Assembly: GCA_964016885.1 (NCBI GenBank)
Contig: OZ024747.1
Span: forward strand, 72,106,001-72,170,000
Length of the DNA stretch: 64,000 nucleotides
From: Eledone cirrhosa
Lineage: Eukaryota
Reading direction: 5' to 3'
Shown here: positions 50,737 through 63,209 of the stretch, piece by piece
How positions within the stretch are numbered: position 1 is the first letter of the stretch
How the letters are laid out: each line of letters opens with the position of its first letter
Translations under genes and position numbers: made by a program
Notes under the pieces: generated by a model
The model's database searches: none
The model's input: only the letters and a program-made list of their open reading frames with translations
What the model was told of the DNA's origin: nothing

Positions 50737-51625
50737 CAGGGTGCGGACGATATTTGTTCGCAAGATTACTGTCTAGGAAAAAATAACACAGTAGTTTTAT
50801 TTTTTAAGATATATTTATCAAACTTGGGTCAGTTTGTCTTCATGACTTGTTCTTTTGATCTCACTCAATAAACCCGCCATTGGCTTTGATGACGGCTTCA
50901 AGGCGGCCTCGGAACTGGCTACAAGCCTTCGTCACTGTCCCTCGACTTAGGCCCCTAAAGGCACTTGTGATCCTGGCCTTCAGATCGTCTTTCGTATTGC
51001 AGCTAGATCTGTTGGTGTCTCATTCCACTGTGCCCCCCACAAAGAAGTCGAGGGGGTTGCAGTCAGGCGAGCTGGGAGGCCAGATGTCAGGTGAAGTGTG
51101 GTCGACGAAGTTCTCTGACAGCCAGGCTTGGGTCTTTCGGCTAGTATGGCAAGGCGCTGAGTCTTGCTGCCACACGTATGGCCTACCTGCAGCTACCTGG
51201 TCGATCCAGGGCTTTACTACCTCGCTCAGAACGTGGATGTAGCCATCGGTGTTCAGCTTGAGGCCCTCAGGGAAGAAGTGAGGTGGCACGACGTTACCTT
51301 GACTGCTGACAACACCTAAGACCAATGTTGACGCTGGAAACTTTGTCTGCATGACTCTGGGCACGTCTTTGGATGAGACAGCGAGCCACCTGTTCTACAG
51401 AATTCTGAAATTGCGTTATTTGTCCTCCTGGCGTGGATTCCAAGAAGAACTCCGTGTCTCTTCCACAAATTTGGAGATTCAAAATTATTCATAATCAATT
51501 ATTCTGAAAATAAATAATGGAAATATAGTCACTGTTTTTATGAAGACAAGAGTGACAATGGAAGTAAAAAAAATTTGCATAAAAGTAGCAGTTGAAAATT
51601 GCGAACAAATATCGTCCGGACCCTG
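50737..51625 (-). mobile_element. Internally deleted Tc1/mariner maT (DD37D) transposon
   Basis: 27-bp TIRs (CAGGGTGCGGACGATATTTGTTCGCAA, 1 mismatch) flanked by TA. WQQD-SAPCH...WPPSSPDCNPL-D has 37 residues between the two Ds. Confidence 0.9.
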
Positions 51626-52474
51626 TATATATGTATATATATATAAATGTGTGTATAGGGAAAAGCGGACGTAAAATGATGATGATGATGATGATATATA
51701 ATGTATATATATATATATGTGTATGTGTATATATATATATATATATGTGTATGTGTATATATATATATATATATGTATGTGTATATATATATATATGTGT
51801 ATGTGTATGTATATATATGTATATATATCATCATCATCTTCGTTTAACGTCCATTTTCCACGCTAGCATGTATATATGTGTGTATGTATATATATAGAGA
51901 GAATGTGTGTGATTGTATATATATATATATCATCATCATCATCATCATCATCGTTTAACGTCCATGTTCCACGCTTGCATGGGTTTGGACGGGAGTTTTC
52001 CCACTTGAGGCAAGAGTGGTTGTCTTGCTCGCATAGGACTGTCTGGCGGGTTTTCTACAGCTGGATGCCCTTCCTAACACCAACCACATTTACAGTGTGG
52101 GACTGGGAGGTTTTTACCGTGTTGCCTACACGACCACATTACAGCGTGGACTGTGTGTTTTTTTGTCGTGACACCTACACGATCTCATTTGTTTCGGACT
52201 GGATGTTGTGGTACCAACATAACTTTACATTGAAGGGGCGGTGTGGATGGGGTGGGGGTGGTGGGACGGGAGTGTATTTTGTTAGAGATGCCTACTGACT
52301 GTAGTAGGTTTTACTTTGTATTTAGGTAAGGCGGGTCTTCTCTATTACTGAGTACCGCCAAAGGTCTCGGTCCAGTGACATTGTCTTGGAGAGGTGTAAG
52401 TGTGTGAGGTCGGAATTTATCATCTCGTCCCAGGTTTTTCTGGGTCTGCCTACTCCGTGGCTACCGTCTATCTT

Positions 52475-52516
<42 letters not shown>

Positions 52517-55076
52517 CTACACATACATACATAGATAATGTTTTAATGCCAAAACTAATTGTGAGATTATTAGACAAACTTTTTAGCAAGTTAGGAGTTA
52601 TTTGGAATTTGAAATCTGGTGTAATCACTGTTGCCTGTAGCTAAGATTTACCAACTTCATCTCCAAACAAGGTTGCTTAATATTATTATATTCTTTCATT
52701 CAATATTATTCTTAAGCAAGTCGTTTTTTTTCTTCTTGTTTTCATTTTTTAAATTTTTTCTTCTATTTAACTAACTGCTAATTAATAGGATATATAGAAA
52801 AACAGTAATTTAAATAAAGACATGAGGATGTATACACTCACACAAACGCTCAAATAAACACATGCTTATATATATATATATAGGAAAAGAGTCAGGCGTC
52901 CTGACTCTTTTCCTATTACCCACTCTACTACCCAAAGTATCGAGTACAAGGGTGCGTTATGGTCCACCTGGTTCCTTACCACAGTTAGTAAGGTACTCAG
53001 TACATTAGTACATTAGTAGAGTATATACAAAATTTGATATATACAGGGCTTTTACACAACTAGAACTCTTTCATTCAAAGGAAATCCCCAGGAAAGCTTT
53101 CAATATTAACGTAAAATGATGATGATGATGATGATGATATATATATACACACATAATCTGTTACATGCATGGTGCTGTCATTATTTTTATATCTATAAAT
53201 CTACAACCCAACCATAAGATCTATATTCATATATATATATCTTATAATTATAGTAATAATACTGATTGATATTTTTCAGTTTCATTTGATTCCACTTACC
53301 CTAAAAGCAGAAAATGGTTGCTTAACTCTTTAGCATTTAAACTGGCCAAAACTCTCTCACCTCTTTCTGTTCAAACTGGGCACTCATACTGATGTTAAGG
53401 TATTGTTCTCAAAACAATAAGATCAAAATCTCATAGATTTGATATAATGTGAGATATGTGAGATAATGCCTTTACTGTGAAAATACAATAGTAAATATAG
53501 AGTAATATAAAGGGTTAAACTTTTAATTTGTACTAATAATATATATGTGTGTGTGTGGTTCAAAAAGAAGTGATCTGTACTATTCTTATCTTGTCCTATA
53601 TCCATATTATTTTATCCTGATTAGCTCCCTTTCCTTACGAACTATGGATGCACTGGAGAGAGTAGTACTGTCTTAAGCAACCAAAACTATCAATACATCA
53701 AGTAGATAGCTGTTGTGTGGGAAATATCCTTTGTTATTGATGGTGCCACTAAAAAATTGTTGATGACCTGTACCAGCTGCCACTATTTTTGTTGTTGCTA
53801 CTGGTTAGTGTTGCTGCTGTTGTGATTATTGTGGTAGTCCTTGCCAATGAAGTTGCTAATGCCTGGCCAACTGGCCTGACATATACCCTCACTCTGTCCA
53901 CTCACACACCCACTACAAAATGATTAAACCCAACCCTATACACCCACACACTGGGCTATATGTATATATCGGTACGATGCCTTGAGATGAAAATGTTTTG
54001 ATTGAATTCATGTCTATAACATTGATAAAGACCTAGAGCCAATAATCTGTGAAACATATGTAACATTTGATATGCAATAAATATATTTTAAAGTGGAACT
54101 TTGTTACCTGATACATTATATATATATATAATTTTCAGTATGTGTTGGTTGTTTACCGACACTTCAGTATGCAGGTTAGAGCACTCAACAAAGTGTGCAG
54201 GTGGGTTTGTTTACTCCGGGTTAATGTAAAAACAAGAAGTGTAAGTCAACAGGTTAAAATTAGCTTCGTTTATTCATATTCGCTGCTATATATATTTTGG
54301 TGATAGCCATTATTCAACAGCTATGACCTCATCAGGCAGTTAGAACTTCAACAGAAAAAAACAGGAAATCATAATGTTGGAATAGATTTTACCTTGTTAA
54401 TTCATTGATATGTTCAGATCCAGAGTGTGGTGCTAATCCCTTAAGGAACTGAAAGCATATATTATATGTATATATATAAGAAAATGCAAAGTAGTTTCAG
54501 ATGTAAAGTCCTTTATTGATAAGGCTGTGATATATATACTAGAGCACTTTCTTGGACATTTTAAAAGATGTTTTTATTATTAATGTTCCTTTTCTCCACT
54601 TAATTCCAACAACAGTTCTCCTCCTCCTCCTTATCCTCTACCCCCTCCATCTGAGCAATTTTTTTTTTTAACCAGACCAGCTTGGTACAAGTAAATATAA
54701 TTTCTCTTGTGTCTTATTTAATCTCAACCCCCATCCCACCACCACCACTCAACCCTTGCAGCTCTGCTCTAACCCTAACCGCCTGGCACCCTTTCACTCT
54801 TCTTCCTGCATTCCTGCTAGGAATAGAGTGTTCAGGGTGGGTTGAGGGCATTTGTTGTTGACAGACACTTCAACAAAGTTATATATTTTTCCCTTCAATT
54901 TTCTCTTGTTTAAAGTGTCTTTTTGTCAGTCCATAAGTTGGTTCTTTACTGTCTTTTCAATTGACTTGCTTATTCTTCCTTAAAAGTACCTGAGAAAAAG
55001 TTTTAAAAATTGAACCAGAAAAGGATAAAACTCCAAAAACAAACAGCAAAAGAATTACGGAAGAAGATGTCATAAC

Positions 55077-55132
<56 letters not shown>

Positions 55133-56473
55133 TTGAATGATTCCATAGAACAGATAAAGAAAACAGCATTCTATGCAATATACCATGTTGAAAATAAATA
55201 CTATAATATATTTGTATATATAAAAAATAATTATAGAATTGGATCAGTTTAGAGGTAAGTTGACTAAAAATTAGTTTTGTATGTTTATTTTGCTGTATTG
55301 GATGAGTGAATGTAAAAAGTGTTATTACATTTGAGTAACAGAATTTCTATATATATCTTATATCATCATCATTTACCATCATTCAAGCTTGGCAGCATAA
55401 AGTTACGGCCCTTTACGTTCTGAGTTCAAATCCCATCGAGGTTAGCTTTGCCTTTCATCCTTACAGAGTCGATAAAATAAAGTACCAGTAATGTACTGGG
55501 GGCGATTTAATTGACTTTCCATTTCACCCAAAATTGTTGGCTTTGTGCCAAAAGTAGAAATAATTATCATCATCATTAATTTTTTCTCCATTATTTTATA
55601 TTTGCTTTCAATGCAGGCATGGGTTAGACCACCTCAGATTGAAACTAAACTGGCTGGAAAACTTTGTCTTGCTCATGTGTTGAATTTTTGATGTGGTTTT
55701 TATGAGTGGTTGCCTTTCCAAGCACCAACAACTTTACACAGTGGACTGGGTACATTTTATTGTGGCACCAGCACTGCCACTTTACAATATGTATGGGGTG
55801 AATTTTATTATAGTGCCAGCACTAGAAAGGTAGAAAGGTTACTAATTATTCAGAAAACTGAAAGGTGTTCTCTTAACCATACATCCAATTGTGAACCACT
55901 TTAAAGAGAGAATTAAACATGTATTCTATTATGGCACCAACACTAGAAAGGTCATTTTATGCCCTCTAAGAAGGTCATCTCAGATATAAATTGTCTCTGA
56001 TTGCCAACCACTTTACAGAGTAGTGGGTACATTTTATCAATGCAGCAGCACTACAGAGATGTTACATCCTCTGCAACACTAAAGGCTCCTCTCATCTCTA
56101 CATTGACTCTGTAGATCATGTCATATCTATTATATAAAAATATAAAAGTTAACCATTTTAATAGTAAGGTTATTGCATATATTTTCTCATGTATACTTTG
56201 GTGCAATGAATGAAGCTAACATTTTTGTTAATATTGTTATTCAATTTTGAAAACTTTTTTCATATTTATTATCTTTATCTGTTGTTTTACTGATACATAC
56301 ATTATCAGTTACCTAGTAGGATATTTTAATATATCAGGAATTATTATAGTATGCAGTAATGCTAATATTACATCATATATATATATGTATAAATTTAAAG
56401 GTATAATACCAGGAAAAACAAACGACTAGGCATGAAATAGTGGTTAGAGGAGAACAATTTAATTACAATCCTT

Positions 56474-56573
56474 TCTTTAACATGTTTCAGTACAACACCA
56501 GTCTACGAGCGCTGATATTATTATTAGGCTCAATCGCTAGCATTACATAAAATACTGCACTTCATCAGAAAGA
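56474..56573 (-). ncRNA. Type-I hammerhead motif with an extended stem II
   Basis: Minus strand: tcttt-CTGATGA-agtgcagtat...gtgttgtact-GAAA-catg-TT-aaaga. Confidence 0.6.
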
Positions 56574-58145
56574 GTCCATAGTTCAAGGTGAGGCTGCTGC
56601 ATCTTCTATATCATCATTATCATCATCATCACCGTTTTACCTCCATTCTTCCACACTAGCATAGGTTAGATGGGTTGTCCTGTTGTGGGCAATGTCAGGT
56701 CAAGTGACCATGTCTTGCTCATACAGAATGGATTTTGGCTTGGTTTCTACAGCTGGATACCCTTCCTAGCACCAGCCTCATTTACAGTGAGTACTGGGTG
56801 GTTTTTTACTGTGGAACCTACACGACCACTTTACAGTGTGGGCTGGGTGCTTTTTTGTCATGACACCTACACGACCACTGTACAGTGGGGGGTGGACATA
56901 TTGTTTATATGCTTCAGGTTCGGCTTGTACCCATGGGAAGTTGGGTCTTCTGTATTAATGCTTAATGTCAGATATTTCGCTCCTGTGTCATCGCCTTTGA
57001 GAGGTGCAATTGGACAAGGTGAGCTTTTATCACCTCATTCCAGGTTCTCTTGGGTCTCCCCACTCCAAGGCTTCCATCGACTTTTAGTGCACCTTTTATA
57101 TATATATATTTTAGATGGGTTGTCCACATTATGAGACATGTCTAGCCAACTGGCCACATCGTACCTTAGACAAATGCAACTGTAATTTGGCTGGGATTTT
57201 TACAGCCGAATGCCCTTCCTAACACTAACCATGTTTACAGTGTCTTGGTTAGCTTACAAACTTTTCAACTGACCCTCATACTCTAAGAATTCTTTCAATT
57301 CATTAGCCTTGACTAGTTCTTTATTTTATTGACCCTGAAAGGATGTAAGGCAAAGTTGATCTCAGTGGGATTTGAATTCAGAGTGTAGAGGGCTGGAACA
57401 AATACCACAAGGCATTTCGTCTGACACTCTAATAGTTCCTGTCCATCCCACCTACTGGTATGTTCTTTTATTGACTTTAAAAGGATGAAAGGCAAAGCTA
57501 ACCTTGGTAGGATTTGAACTCAGAATGTAAAGGGCTGTAACTCTATGCCGCAAAGCAGGGTGTCTGATGCTCTACTGATTAGTACTAATCCTCTGCCCTA
57601 TCCTAGGCTATAATGACTGCCACAACATCACCTTAAGAAATTATTAAACAATTCACAAATTTGCGTGACATTCTTGCATAAGGGCCAAGTTAATCTTCTT
57701 AATTTGTACTGACTACCCCTCTCACCTGTCTCTCTCTCTTCCCTTTTCTTCTCACTCTCCATCTGTCCTCCTTCTCTTTCATCCCTCTCTTTTCACCCCT
57801 CACTCTCATCTCCCTCTCCCATCCTCTTCTCCACATCTCCACCTATCCTCCCCATTCTCCTCACTCTCTTCCCCTATCCACCTCTTTCTCCTAATCTTCT
57901 CTCTTCCCTTTCTCTCCTCCCTCTCTCTCCTCCACCCCTACCTCTTTTTCCTCACCCTCTCTCCTTTTCTTTCTATATCAATATATTGATAGCCATCCAC
58001 CAACCCTCCTCCAGCCACCTTATTCCCTTTCTCTTTCTCCTCATATCTCTTTCCATATCCCTTTCTTTCTCTCTCTCGGTTTATCTTTCTTTTTTCCCTA
58101 CTCTATGATCGCTCTCACCTTCATTCATCCACTCTCGTCCAGCTC

Positions 58146-58229
<84 letters not shown>

Positions 58230-58299
58230 CTCTATCTATCTATCTATCTATCTAGTTCTTTCACACCTCTCCTTCATCTATATGTCTCTAAATATTAAG

Positions 58300-59027
58300 T
58301 AAGCCAACCAACCAACCAGCCAACCAGCCAACCAACCAACCAGCCAACCAACCAACCAGCCAACCAACCAGCCAACCAACCATCCAACCAACCAAGCAAG
58401 CAAGCAAGCAAGCAAGCAACCAACCAACCAGCCAACCAACCAACCAACCAACCAGCCAACCAACCAACCAACCAACCAACCAACCAACCAGCCAACCAAC
58501 CAACCAACCGACCAACCAACCAACCAGCCAACCAACCAACCAGCCAACCAACCAACCAACCAACCAACCAACCAGCCAACCAGCCAACCAACCAACCAAC
58601 CAACCAGCCAACCAACCAACCAGCCAACCAACCAGCCAACCAACCAACCAGTCAGCCAACTAACCAGCCAACCAGCCAACCAGCCAACCAACCAGCCAAC
58701 TAGCCAACCGACCAACCAACCAACCAACCAGCCAACCGACCAACCAACCAATCAACCAGCCAGCCAACTAACCAACCAACCAACCAGCCAACCAGCCAAT
58801 CAACCAACCAACCAGCCTCCAACCATCCAGCCAACCAACCAACCAATCAACCAACGAACCAGCCAACCAACCAACCAACCAGCCAACCAGCCAACCAGCC
58901 AATCAACCAACCAACCAGCCTCCAAACATCCAGCCCACCAACCAACCAATCAACCAACCAACCAGCCAACCAACCAACCAACCAGCCAACCAGGCAACCA
59001 ACCAGCCAACCAACCATCCAACCAACC

Positions 59028-59061
<34 letters not shown>

Positions 59062-59280
59062 CCAACCAACCAACCAGCCAACCAACCATCCAACCAACCA
59101 ACCAACCAACCATCCAACCAACCAAGCAAGCAAGCAACCAACCAACCAACCAGCCAACCAACCAGCCAACCAACCAACCAACCAGCCAACCAACCATCCA
59201 ACCAACCAACCAACCAACCAAGCAAGCAAGCAAGCAACCAACCAACCAACCAGCCTCCAGCCAGCCAGCCAACCAGCCAC
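58300..59280. repeat. ~1 kb (CCAA/CCAG/GCAA)n tetranucleotide satellite preceded by a polypyrimidine tract (57715-58230)
   Basis: Directly visible. It explains the spurious LVGW ORFs. Confidence 0.97.
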
Positions 59281-59800
59281 TCAGTACCTTTCTCTCTCTC
59301 TCTTACTCACCAGCACTCTATATCTCACTACCACTCACTCTCTCACTTTCACTCACTCTCACCATCTCACTTTCACTCTCTCTCTCTATTAACCACTTCA
59401 GAATCTCCTGCCTGCTTGGCTGCATGCTAGTCTGATTGTCAACATTGTCATGACTAAAGAACCAACATGACAGCAACATCAATATCATCATCATCTTCAT
59501 CATCACCACCACCTACATTATCATCACAGCACAACCAAGAAGACACACTAAGAGAAAAGGATATTCTTTATACATTGAAGATGTTTACAGACAAATGCAA
59601 CAGTGCCTTACATGTAATGGTATGTACATGCATATGTATATATGTATGTATGAGTATGTATGTAAAAATGTAGCTAACCCTCTTACACACACACGCACAC
59701 ATACACACACACACACGCACACATATATTTTATTCATATCTTTAACCTTTTTCTTCCTATCAATTTTTGTGATTCTCTATCTCTTTGTGTGTGTGTGTAT

Positions 59801-59834
<34 letters not shown>

Positions 59835-60049
59835 GTTTGTATGTATGTATATTACTAATGTGTGTGTGTATTTATATATATAATTTTTGTAACTGTTTAA
59901 TCCCTTACTAATGCTATATAACACTAAATTAGATAAGTTTATTTATGGAGTATAAAACAACATACAGTTTGGAAAGTTAAAGAAAGCATGTGTGAACTTT
60001 TGTCTTTATGTGTAACACTGTAACTGAAACATAGCTTTCAACTCGGCAG

Positions 60050-60545
60050 GCCTACATAGTTTGTCCTGCAGCCTGTATGTTGGTGTTTCGCCTACCACAC
60101 TGAGCTAAACCTGATCATTAAACAATCTCTAGCTTGGGTAAATATCTCCTCAATTCTAGAACTGGGTGGATTATCCAGAAGTGATGGGAAGCGACCAGAC
60201 GGCCTTACCCTTTGTCCTTAGATAAGAGGCAGGTGTCTAATCTGGGACACCACAATCAGTGACTCTATTGCTCCCTTCCACATCATGGATGCCACGATAA
60301 ATGTGGAGGTCACTGCTTCCGTTGCCGAACGGAATAAAATCCAGAAATACCGGGATCTGTCTAACAATTATCTTATTCTGCCTGTGGTGTTTGTGTCATT
60401 TGGTGGAGTTGGGCTACTGACAGTGAAATTCATTGCTGGTGCCTTACTGAGGGGTCAGGTGATGTCTGTGAGGGTTCTTTATTGTTTCAGTGCCTTAGTC
60501 TCACCGTCACTCGTGGTAATGCTGCCAGCATATTGGCTTGCCTTA
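60050..60545 (+). mobile_element. CRE-like RLE endonuclease fragment (related pieces at 60980-61175 and 13950-14250)
   Basis: [51 protein letters not shown]. Confidence 0.75.
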
Positions 60546-61280
60546 AAACATTCTATTCACCCTTGTCGTGTGCAGCCGATTATTGCACTTGGTGCACTCT
60601 CATAATATATTTTGGAGCATTGTATTTGTGAGATTCCTAGCAATAGTTAAATGTATTTGTTATATTTGTGTTTATATTTCATTCTCAAAGAATTGTGAAC
60701 AATTTGTTGTTATTTATGTATATATTTAAAACAAATAAATTCCTTTAATACATAAAAAAAAACAAAAAAACATTTCATATTACAAAAACATTATGTAAAG
60801 AAAAATATCTAAAAAAAAAATATGGCATTACCTATTCAGAAACAGAAAATAAGTATATATAATACAAAATACACTGAATTCAAGCCCTGTAGGGCAAGTT
60901 GTAGGTGAGTTTAGAACTTGACTGCATCTTTGTTTATATGTTAATTTATGTTAATTTATGTTCTTCACCTCCAACTTAGTCACCTCAGTACCGTGGCTTG
61001 CAATGCAGAGGACAGAAAAACAAACAAATATCTGAGCTTGTCTAGCTTCTTCCTCTTTGCACTGATTTCCGTCAAAACCTCAGGCATCCTCAGACCCTGG
61101 ACAGATGACCTCCTCCATAAAATCAAATCAATAGCAGCCTGTCTAAGCAAGGAGCCCCATGAGGTGGGGGTAGCTGATGTATCATATACTATTTCATATA
61201 TATTATACATATATATCATATATATATTATTTCACATATTATATGTATGTTCTTCTGGTTTCATAATTTTATAAATGTAT

Positions 61281-61395
61281 GTATGTATGGGTATGTATGG
61301 GTATGTATGGGTATGTATGGGTATGTATGGGTATGTATGGGTATGTATGGGTATGTATGGGTATGTATGGGTATGTATGGGTATGTATGGGTATG
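61281..61395. repeat. (GTATGTATGG)n 10-mer tandem repeat
   Basis: About 11 perfect copies. Confidence 0.97.
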
Positions 61396-63209
61396 CATGT
61401 AATTTATATTTATGCACAGTACAGCATATAATAGAAAATCTAAACTAAATTTGATATGGGTTTAACTACAGTTTATAAGCTTCGCTGTGAAAGTTTAAAC
61501 AAACCTTTTGTCATTGTCTTACATCATCATCATCATCAACATCATCATCATCAGAGTTATGGCCCTTTACGTTTTGAGTTAAAATTCCACCGAGGTTAAC
61601 TTTGTCTTTCATCCTTGCGGGGTCGATAGAATAAAGTACCAGTAATGCACTGGGATAATTGCTGGTCTTGTGCCAAAAGTAGAAACAATTATCATCATCA
61701 TCATTACTGTTTTACATATATTTTCCATGCTAACATAGGTTAGATGGGTTGTCATGTCCTTGGACAGATCAGATGACCATGTCTTGCTCACACAAACTAT
61801 TTAGGCATGGTTTCTATGGTTGAATGTCTTCGTTAATGCCAACTATCTTTATCTTTTTGTCCACAACAAGAGCTATATATATTTGAACATTATATTTATC
61901 AATTTCCTCAAATCATGAAGGTGCATGGCTTAGTGGTTAGAGTGTTGGGCTTACAATCATGTGGTTGTGAGTTTGATTTCTAGATTTAGTGATGTGTTAT
62001 ATCCTTAAGCAAGACACTTTATTTCATGTTGTTGCAGTTTACTCAGCTGTAGATATGAGTTGTGACGTTTCAGGTGCTAAGCTGTATTGGCCTTTGCCTT
62101 TCCTTGGACAACATTGGTGGCATGGAAAGAGGAGACAGCTATGTATGGGTGACTGCTGGTCTTCCACAAACAACTTTACCTGGGCTTGTGCCTCTACGTG
62201 CAAATCCCATGGTCATTTGTCACAATACATGAGTTGACTTGAGGCTATTGTAAATGACACATGCCCAAAATGCCATGTAGTGAGATCGAATAAGGGGCTT
62301 TATGATTGTGAAATGAAATTCTTAACAGTATTATCACATATATGTTATGACACAAGGCATAGGCAGACAGCTGAAAACAAATGTATATCTAGTGGTCAAC
62401 TGATCGGATGGGACTGTCTGTATTCATTCATTTTCCTGTCTTCGCCTACATTTTTTATTCATTTATCTCTCTCTCTCTTTCTCTCTGTATATATATATAT
62501 TAAATATAATAAATTAATTTAAATATATATAGTATGCTACTTGAAAGTCAAAAATCCGCTCCACCCCTTCACCCTCCTTGCTACCCCACGAGGGGCTGCG
62601 GTCAGCCACAATATCTCTCCCCCTTCCCCCCCTCTCTTTCTTCCCCTCTATCTCTCTCTTAGCTACACACACACACACACATATATATATATAAGATAAG
62701 TTCTCCTTCATGTTTATTCACTTTCGCCAATCCACCGCTGCTTCAATTATCTCTATGATGTACTCATGTAAACCGTAAAGTACAAATTATTCTCTCCTTT
62801 CCACGCTCAATTTCGTACATAGTCCAAACAAACATCCAATCTCGCAAAATCCGAAATCTGTATTTTTTTGTTATCTATTTAAGGTTTAAATACGGTGTTT
62901 TTGTCGTATTGAACAGAACAAATCTTGCAGTTTTGCTTTTTGTTAAATCGCTTGTTAAACATTCATAACCTTCCAGCTAGCTACCCCACACCCCTCCCTC
63001 CCGCCCCCACACGCCACCATACTTAATACGTGGACCAATCATAAGCCAGAGCCCCCCCCCCCCCCCGCATCACCACCATTATTATAAGCCAGAGCCCCCC
63101 TTCCCCCACCCCCACGCATCACCATTATTATTATTATTACGCGGACCAAATCATAAGCCAGAGGCCTATACTATCGCTTGCCCGGTTGCCTTCGATATAT
63201 GATGGATGG

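Noticed and set aside
58278-59280. LVGW-repeat ORFs
   Set aside because: They are translations of the (TTGG)n satellite.
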